DNA of 64,000 nucleotides from Myxococcota bacterium (GTDB lineage Bacteria; Myxococcota_A; SURF-8; G963677705): NCBI GenBank assembly GCA_963677705.1, contig OY782497.1, positions 276,285 to 340,284 of the forward strand, read 5' to 3'. Shown piece by piece: positions 58,399 to 64,000 of this stretch (position 1 is its first letter; each line of letters starts with the position of its first letter). The notes under the pieces were generated by a model. It saw only the letters and a program-made list of their open reading frames with translations, ran no database searches and was not told where the DNA came from. The position numbers and the translations under genes were made by a program.

Positions 58399-58821
58399 GT
58401 GAAGATGAAATTTACCAGTACATCCGGTATGACCCTGTTGGAAATCATGGTCGTTATCATCATCATCGGCTTGGTTTCTGGTCTTGTCGGTGTGGCCGTC
58501 TTCGAACAGCTTGATGCCGCAAAAGAAGATACGGCTCGTACCCAGATCGCCAACATCAGTCAGGCTTTGGATCTCTACCGCTTGAAGATCGGCAAATACC
58601 CCGGGACCTCGGAAGGACTGAATGCCTTGACCAATCCACCGAACAACGCCCGTCCCTTCATGGACAACGTTCCGAAAGATCCTTGGGGCAACGACTATGT
58701 GTACACCTTCCCCGGTTCCCACAACAAAGGTGGGTTTGATCTGGAAAGCTACGGCTCGGACGGTCAAGACGGCGGTGAAATGGACATTGAAAACTGGAGC
58801 ATGGGCGATTCCGGCGAATAA
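58399..58821 (+). CDS. gspG: major pseudopilin GspG
   Basis: Prepilin leader then G|MTLLEIMVVIIIIG. GspG-like globular domain. 140 aa. Confidence 0.85.
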   Translation: MKMKFTSTSGMTLLEIMVVIIIIGLVSGLVGVAVFEQLDAAKEDTARTQIANISQALDLYRLKIGKYPGTSEGLNALTNPPNNARPFMDNVPKDPWGNDYVYTFPGSHNKGGFDLESYGSDGQDGGEMDIENWSMGDSGE

Positions 58822-58843
58822 GACCGGATGAGTTTCCCCAAGC

Positions 58844-59695
58844 TTGATGAACCCTGATTCCCGGATGAAGACGATGACCACGATGACACGACAACTCAAC
58901 CCATGCACCCTGCGAGAGCCGCGCCTTCGGCGTGGGTTTACGCTGCTGGAGTTGATTGTCGTGATGCTGGTGGTGGGTCTTCTGATGGGAGTTTCCATTC
59001 CGGCCATCAGTTCCGCGCTGGATGTAAAGAAGAAAGCGGCAGCCCAGAAGATTTCGGCCAACATCAAATACCTATACGACCGTGCGGTGCTGGAGCGGGT
59101 GTATATCCGCCTGGTGTTTGATCTGGACAACGGAACCTACTACCCGGAAAGCACCTCGGACCCGTTTTTCCTTCGTGAAAAACCCCAAGAGGTGGTGGAC
59201 GGCGTGGTGCAGGAAGAGGACGAAGACGAAGACAAGGAGTTTTCCCGCTCCATGCGTAGCTCGTCGGCCTCGGAACTGTTCAACAACCAGGAAAGCTATC
59301 TGTTTGACGACCCCGGTCGGATGAAGTGGCAGGGCTGGGAGGATTTCGCCAAGAAATACAAAAAGAAAAAGGCGGAATTCAAAGGCTATACGGCTCAGTT
59401 GAGCCAGAAAGTGACCCTGCCTCCCAGCGTGACCATTCTGGGAATGCAGACGCGATCGTTGGCCGACCGGGCCACTCAGGGCAAAACCTATCTGCACTTC
59501 TTCCCCACGGGAAGAACGGAAGCGGCGGTCATTTACCTCGTCAGCACCGAAGATGTGGAAGAGGGGTTGTCCGAAGACGAGATGGAAATCTATACCGTGC
59601 TGGTGTCTCCCCTTTCGGGGCGAGCGCAGATTCTGGATGGCCTGGTCGCGTTACCGGAAGTCCAGGAAGATGATTATGAGGAGATGGACGGATGA
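58844..59695 (+). CDS. gspH: minor pseudopilin (GspH-like)
   Basis: RRGFTLLELIVVMLVVGL prepilin-type N-terminus. The start codon is uncertain; the ORF is open from 58844. Confidence 0.6.
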   Translation: MMNPDSRMKTMTTMTRQLNPCTLREPRLRRGFTLLELIVVMLVVGLLMGVSIPAISSALDVKKKAAAQKISANIKYLYDRAVLERVYIRLVFDLDNGTYYPESTSDPFFLREKPQEVVDGVVQEEDEDEDKEFSRSMRSSSASELFNNQESYLFDDPGRMKWQGWEDFAKKYKKKKAEFKGYTAQLSQKVTLPPSVTILGMQTRSLADRATQGKTYLHFFPTGRTEAAVIYLVSTEDVEEGLSEDEMEIYTVLVSPLSGRAQILDGLVALPEVQEDDYEEMDG

Positions 59696-60360
59696 AACAC
59701 GCTCGTCGTTTCCTGACTCATGACGGCTTTACGCTGTTGGAAGTGATGGTGGCCATCGGGATCTTGGCGATCAGCCTCACCGGCTTGTTTGCCGTCCAGG
59801 GTGGTTCGATGGAACTGGCCGGTCATAGCAAATACCTCACCGTGGCGACCTTGCTTGCCCGAAGCAAAATGATTGATGTGGAAGAAAAGCTGATTGAAGA
59901 AGGCTTTTCAGATTTTGCCGAGGAAGACACCGGAGACTTTGAAGAAGAGGGCTGGCCGGAATTTCGTTGGCGTATGGAAATGACCAAAGTCCGTATGCCC
60001 GTACCCAGTTCCATGCCCGGCAGCGGGGATGGCTCCGGCAGTGCGCAGAACGCCCAGGCGAACAATGCTCTGGCCGCAGGGTCTTCCTTTCTGACGGACC
60101 TGATTGCCAACAGTATGCGTGAATGCAATGTGGAAGTACTTTGGGATGAAGGCGGTGAAGAGCAGGTGTTGAAGGTCAGCACCCATTATATCAACACCCA
60201 GAACCTGGCGACGGGAACCTTTGCATCCTCTAGCGGCTCGTCTTCCTCGGACTCTTCGGATTCCTCCAGTTCCGGGAGTACCGGTTTGGGGAGCGGAAGC
60301 AAAACCAACAGCAGTTCCAAAACCGGGTCCAACCCCTTTACCCGCAATAAAGACAAGTAA
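59692..60360 (+). CDS. gspI: minor pseudopilin (GspI-like)
   Basis: GFTLLEVMVAIGILAISL N-terminus. Start overlaps the upstream stop. Confidence 0.6.
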   Translation: MKHARRFLTHDGFTLLEVMVAIGILAISLTGLFAVQGGSMELAGHSKYLTVATLLARSKMIDVEEKLIEEGFSDFAEEDTGDFEEEGWPEFRWRMEMTKVRMPVPSSMPGSGDGSGSAQNAQANNALAAGSSFLTDLIANSMRECNVEVLWDEGGEEQVLKVSTHYINTQNLATGTFASSSGSSSSDSSDSSSSGSTGLGSGSKTNSSSKTGSNPFTRNKDK

Positions 60361-60377
60361 ACGAGGAACGAAGAACC

Positions 60378-61094
60378 ATGACCTTGTCCTCCGCGACATC
60401 CCGATTTTCCCGACGCTGGCCCGCCTTGGCCAACCGGGGAAGTTTCAGCCTGCTGGAAGTGCTTCTGGCCTCGCTGATTCTGGGTATCGTCTCGGTGATG
60501 ATTTATGCCTCCTTTGCCCGCTCGTTGGAAATTCCCGAATACGTGCGTGACCTGCAAGGGCGCTATCAATCGGTTCGTCTGGCGATGAGCCGTATTTTGC
60601 GCGAAGTGGGCATGGCGTATCTATCCAAGCATATGAACGCCAGCAACGAGGAATATCCTCGGTATCTGTTCCGTGTGGTGCGTGAGGGAGACAACTCCCG
60701 CCTGGATTTCACGTCCTTTGCCCATCAGAAGGTGATTGAAGACGCCAACGAATCGGACCAATGCGAAGTCGGCTACTTCGTGGAGGAAGACCGGGAAACC
60801 GGTTTCCTGAACCTGATGCGCCGTGAGGGAAAACGGATCGACCATCAGCCCGGAAGCGGTGGTCCCAAAGAAGTGCTTTGCGAGAACATTGTCGGTTTTG
60901 AGGTGAATATCTGGAACGATCTGGACAAGGAATTTGTGGAGGAATGGGACACCAGCAAGGTGGAGCAGTTCCAGAAGATTCCCCGCGTGCTGGAAATCGT
61001 ACTCACCGTGAAAGACGAGTTCGATAAGGAAATCCGCTTTTATACCAAAGCCAAACTGCAACTGACCACTCCGCTGGATTTCTCCAGCCTGTAA
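60378..61094 (+). CDS. gspJ: minor pseudopilin (GspJ-like)
   Basis: RGSFSLLEVLLASLILGIV N-terminus. 238 aa. Confidence 0.6.
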   Translation: MTLSSATSRFSRRWPALANRGSFSLLEVLLASLILGIVSVMIYASFARSLEIPEYVRDLQGRYQSVRLAMSRILREVGMAYLSKHMNASNEEYPRYLFRVVREGDNSRLDFTSFAHQKVIEDANESDQCEVGYFVEEDRETGFLNLMRREGKRIDHQPGSGGPKEVLCENIVGFEVNIWNDLDKEFVEEWDTSKVEQFQKIPRVLEIVLTVKDEFDKEIRFYTKAKLQLTTPLDFSSL

Positions 61095-61103
61095 CCCCGC
61101 GCC

Positions 61104-62345
61104 TTGGCGCGAACAAAGGAACGCTTGGTGAACCAACAACCGAACCATCATCGACAAGACGCACTGCGAGGCCGTAAGGGCATCGCCTTGGTGATGGTGT
61201 TGAGTGTCATCATTATCCTTACCACGGTTACCTTGCAGCTTCAGTACGAGAGCCGGGTTTATGTAACCACGGTGACGAACTTCCGCGACGATACCAAAGC
61301 CTACTACATGTGCCAAAGCGCCCTGCAATTCACGGAGATGCTGTTCGCCCTGCAAAGCAGTGTGGATAAGATGCTGAAGAAGTGGGGCAAGAACATGAAC
61401 ATCAACATTCAGCTCTGGCAGATCATTCCCGTAGACAGCGGTTTGGCGATGGCCGTCGCCGATGGCGCGTTCGGCGGCAATGAGCAAGACTCCATCATGG
61501 CTTCCACGGGGATGTTCGGTAGCAACGAAGACGGCCAGGCCGAAGACAAAGCTTCCGACATGACACCCTTGACCTTCGGTAAAACCGAGGGGTTCGGCAA
61601 TTTTGATGGCGAGTTCCGGGCGGAGATCGAAGACGAAGAACGGCGGATCAATCTGAACGTCAAAACGGGAAGCAAAAAAGAACTGACCGCGTTTCAGACC
61701 ACGCTGGAGAAACTCTTCGAGCCGACCATCTACAATCCATTGTTCGAGAACCCGGACAAATACGGCAATTACCACGACCGGCAGGAGATCATCAGCGCGT
61801 TGATTGACTGGATCGACGCGGATAACGTCCGCTACGGTTTTCAGTCCGGCGATGAAGCCAGCCGTTATGACTTTTTGGAAGACAAGTATCCCAGTAAAGA
61901 CAGCTATTTTGACAGCATGGACGAAGTGCAGCTTGTCAGCGGAATTGACGACCGCTTCTGGCGACTGTTCAAAGACCAGTTTACGGTGTACCGCACGGAC
62001 AAAATCAACATCAACACCTGCGGGCCGGAGGTGATGCGCTCCTTGTTGATGCAGGTGCTTGATCCCGTACCGGATGAGCAACGCCTGCAAGTCATCACCG
62101 ATGAAGTGATGAATTTCCGCACCACCAATTTCGGCTTCACCAGCGAAGAACACTTCCTGAATTTTCTCACCCAGGGACCGGAACTGACGGAAACCCTGGG
62201 CAACCGGAAATCGGCGAAGAAATTGATAACCATTAAATCCGGCACGTTCCGCGTGCTGGCTACGGGACAGGTAAACGACGTGACGAAGACGGTAAACGTC
62301 ATCATGAAACAGAACGGTACCCTGTTGTATTATCGGGAGGAATAG
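61104..62345 (+). CDS. gspK: type II secretion protein GspK
   Basis: GIALVMVLSVIIILTTV N-terminus and GspK-like length of 413 aa. Confidence 0.75.
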   Translation: MARTKERLVNQQPNHHRQDALRGRKGIALVMVLSVIIILTTVTLQLQYESRVYVTTVTNFRDDTKAYYMCQSALQFTEMLFALQSSVDKMLKKWGKNMNINIQLWQIIPVDSGLAMAVADGAFGGNEQDSIMASTGMFGSNEDGQAEDKASDMTPLTFGKTEGFGNFDGEFRAEIEDEERRINLNVKTGSKKELTAFQTTLEKLFEPTIYNPLFENPDKYGNYHDRQEIISALIDWIDADNVRYGFQSGDEASRYDFLEDKYPSKDSYFDSMDEVQLVSGIDDRFWRLFKDQFTVYRTDKININTCGPEVMRSLLMQVLDPVPDEQRLQVITDEVMNFRTTNFGFTSEEHFLNFLTQGPELTETLGNRKSAKKLITIKSGTFRVLATGQVNDVTKTVNVIMKQNGTLLYYREE

Positions 62346-62349
62346 GCTC

Positions 62350-64000
62350 ATGGGTCAACTTGTCGTGGGCCTGGATGTCGGTTCGTATTCCATGAAAGCG
62401 GCGATCCTGGCCACCCAATGGAAGGGCTGGGAACTGGTCGATTTCAAGGAAATGCTCGTCGATCGCCAAGGCTATGTGGAAGCCGAAGCGATGATTGAAG
62501 AGACGATCAATCCCGATGAAGAGCCCGAACAGCATGAAGAGACAGCGACGGATGAGTCTGAAAGCACGTCGGTTGAACCCGGCGAGGCGGTCAACGGCTT
62601 TTCCCTGCCGGGAGAGTCGGCGCACCGACGCTGGTTGAAAACCCAGCTTGAGCGTATGTTCACGCGCTACGGACAGGATTGGGAACAACTGATTACCGGA
62701 TTCGATGGCGATGCGCTTTCGGTGAAGATTCTGGAAGTTCCCTTTACCGACCCGCACCAGATCGAGATGATTCTTCCCGGTTTGCTGGAAGATGTCTGCC
62801 CGTTCAAGCTGGATGGAAAGCATATTGATTATCAAATTGTCGAGCAAGGCGAGAAGGGCGAACCGAACAAACTGCTCACAGGGATCGTGGACGAAGAGCC
62901 GATGGCTCAGTACCTGGAAATCTACCAGGATTTGAACAAAGAGCCGCGCCACGTCACCATTGATTCCCTGGCTTTGGGCAATGTCTTTCCTCTGGCTCTG
63001 GATGAAGAAGCCCGTCAGGGCGTGCATGTGGTGGTGGACTTCGGCCATCGTAAAACCAACCTCGCCTTGTTCCGTAATGGAAACCTGCTTGCCGTGCGGA
63101 CCATCCGTTTTGGCGGGCAGGACTTGACCCAGGCTTTGGCCTCCTCGCTTCATGTCCCCGTGGAGCGGGCGGAGAGTATGAAACATGCCTATGGCGTATT
63201 GCCTCTGGCGGAAGGAATCGGGCTTCCGGCGGATGCCTCCCACCCCGAAGTGGGAGACGTTCTGCGTGAGGCGATCGGGCCGTGGCTGGTTCAGATGCGT
63301 TTGAGCCTGCACAGTTTCTCGGCGATGATTCATGAAACGCCGCAGGCCTGTTGGATCACCGGTGGCAGTTCCCGCTTGGGCAACCTCAGCGCCTTCATCA
63401 CGGAAAGCTTGAATCTTCCCACGCAACGTCTGCATTGGCGTAGCCCGGAAATCCCCGTGGCGGCAAGCCTGCCGGAGATGCCGGAAGCCAGTTCCGTTCC
63501 AGCCTTGGGGTTGGCCTTGAACGGCGTTTCCGCCAGACGGACCAAGCGGTTGAATTTCCGCAAAGGGGCTTTCGCCTTCAAGGGGGATTTTGCCATCTAT
63601 ACCGGCAATTTCGTCCAGTTGGCCATTGGTTTTGCCGCCATTGCGGTCTGCTTCCTGTTCAATGTCTGGTCCCAGTTCCAAGTGCTTGGCGCAGAAGAAG
63701 AACAGGTGAGGGATCAGATCTCGGCCATTTGCAAGCAGACCCTGAACGCGGACATCACCAACCCGCGCATCTGTCAATCCACCATGCTGGAAGTCATCGA
63801 AAAAGCCGGTGGAGGGATTGGCGAGGTGATTCCCAAGCCCAGTACCTTGCAGGTTTACGATGAGATCGTGTACCGCATTACCGGCGAGGGAGTTGACATC
63901 AACCTCGTAGAGATGGACATCGGGGAGAAATCCAAGATCGGTGAGCGCAAAGTGAAGCTTCAGGGAGAGGTGGACGCCATTCCCACCGTGGGAACGATCA
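62350..64000 (+). CDS. gspL: GspL-like assembly protein (actin-like cytoplasmic domain fused to a TM + GspM/PilN-like periplasmic part). Partial: it runs off the window end.
   Basis: Open frame from the ATG at 62350 to the window end (not in the ORF track because it has no stop). VVGLDVGSYSMKAAIL actin-like start. TM helix FVQLAIGFAAIAVCFLF about 420 aa in. Confidence 0.6.
   Translation, partial: MGQLVVGLDVGSYSMKAAILATQWKGWELVDFKEMLVDRQGYVEAEAMIEETINPDEEPEQHEETATDESESTSVEPGEAVNGFSLPGESAHRRWLKTQLERMFTRYGQDWEQLITGFDGDALSVKILEVPFTDPHQIEMILPGLLEDVCPFKLDGKHIDYQIVEQGEKGEPNKLLTGIVDEEPMAQYLEIYQDLNKEPRHVTIDSLALGNVFPLALDEEARQGVHVVVDFGHRKTNLALFRNGNLLAVRTIRFGGQDLTQALASSLHVPVERAESMKHAYGVLPLAEGIGLPADASHPEVGDVLREAIGPWLVQMRLSLHSFSAMIHETPQACWITGGSSRLGNLSAFITESLNLPTQRLHWRSPEIPVAASLPEMPEASSVPALGLALNGVSARRTKRLNFRKGAFAFKGDFAIYTGNFVQLAIGFAAIAVCFLFNVWSQFQVLGAEEEQVRDQISAICKQTLNADITNPRICQSTMLEVIEKAGGGIGEVIPKPSTLQVYDEIVYRITGEGVDINLVEMDIGEKSKIGERKVKLQGEVDAIPTVGTI

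Overview
This is a 64-kb bacterial chromosomal segment with roughly 58% GC, densely coding on both strands and carrying many antisense shadow ORFs caused by GC bias. Lineage is inferred only from content (a MYXO-CTERM-like sorting tail, a complete type II secretion operon, many Cys-rich acidic lipoproteins); a Myxococcota-like or deltaproteobacterial organism is plausible. Housekeeping genes I can support: murB, a HAD hydrolase, lemA, tatD, an M14 carboxypeptidase, an FmdB-like zinc ribbon, the trmO-mnmG-mnmE tRNA-modification block, gltX, trmJ, the rluB-scpB-scpA block, glpA/glpB with a small Fe-S subunit, tRNA-Ser(GGA), and a pentapeptide-repeat protein. Accessory content falls into three groups. 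(a) A glycan-utilisation-like locus at 19.5-27.3 kb holds a lipoprotein, a GH5 glycoside hydrolase, an outer-membrane barrel, a sodium:solute symporter and a small membrane subunit. (b) A cluster at about 28-38 kb holds a GT-C membrane glycosyltransferase with a partner, a secreted VWA protein, and two large Cys/Asp/Glu-rich tandem-repeat lipoproteins (one with disintegrin-like CCDGC modules) converging next to a radical SAM/SPASM enzyme. I consider this cluster the most likely undescribed system in the window: a candidate radical-SAM crosslinking/maturation system acting on large secreted repeat proteins. (c) A complete T2SS operon gspC-D-E-F-G-H-I-J-K-L runs from 51.7 kb to the window end. 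Non-coding observations: a roughly 125-bp MITE/REP-like repeat built of three hairpins in two inverted copies plus a possible fragment, a strong sigma70-like promoter plus intrinsic terminator framing a candidate ~125-nt sRNA upstream of trmJ, several intrinsic terminators, and a 630-bp GC-rich structured non-coding region. No CRISPR array, integrase or transposase was found.
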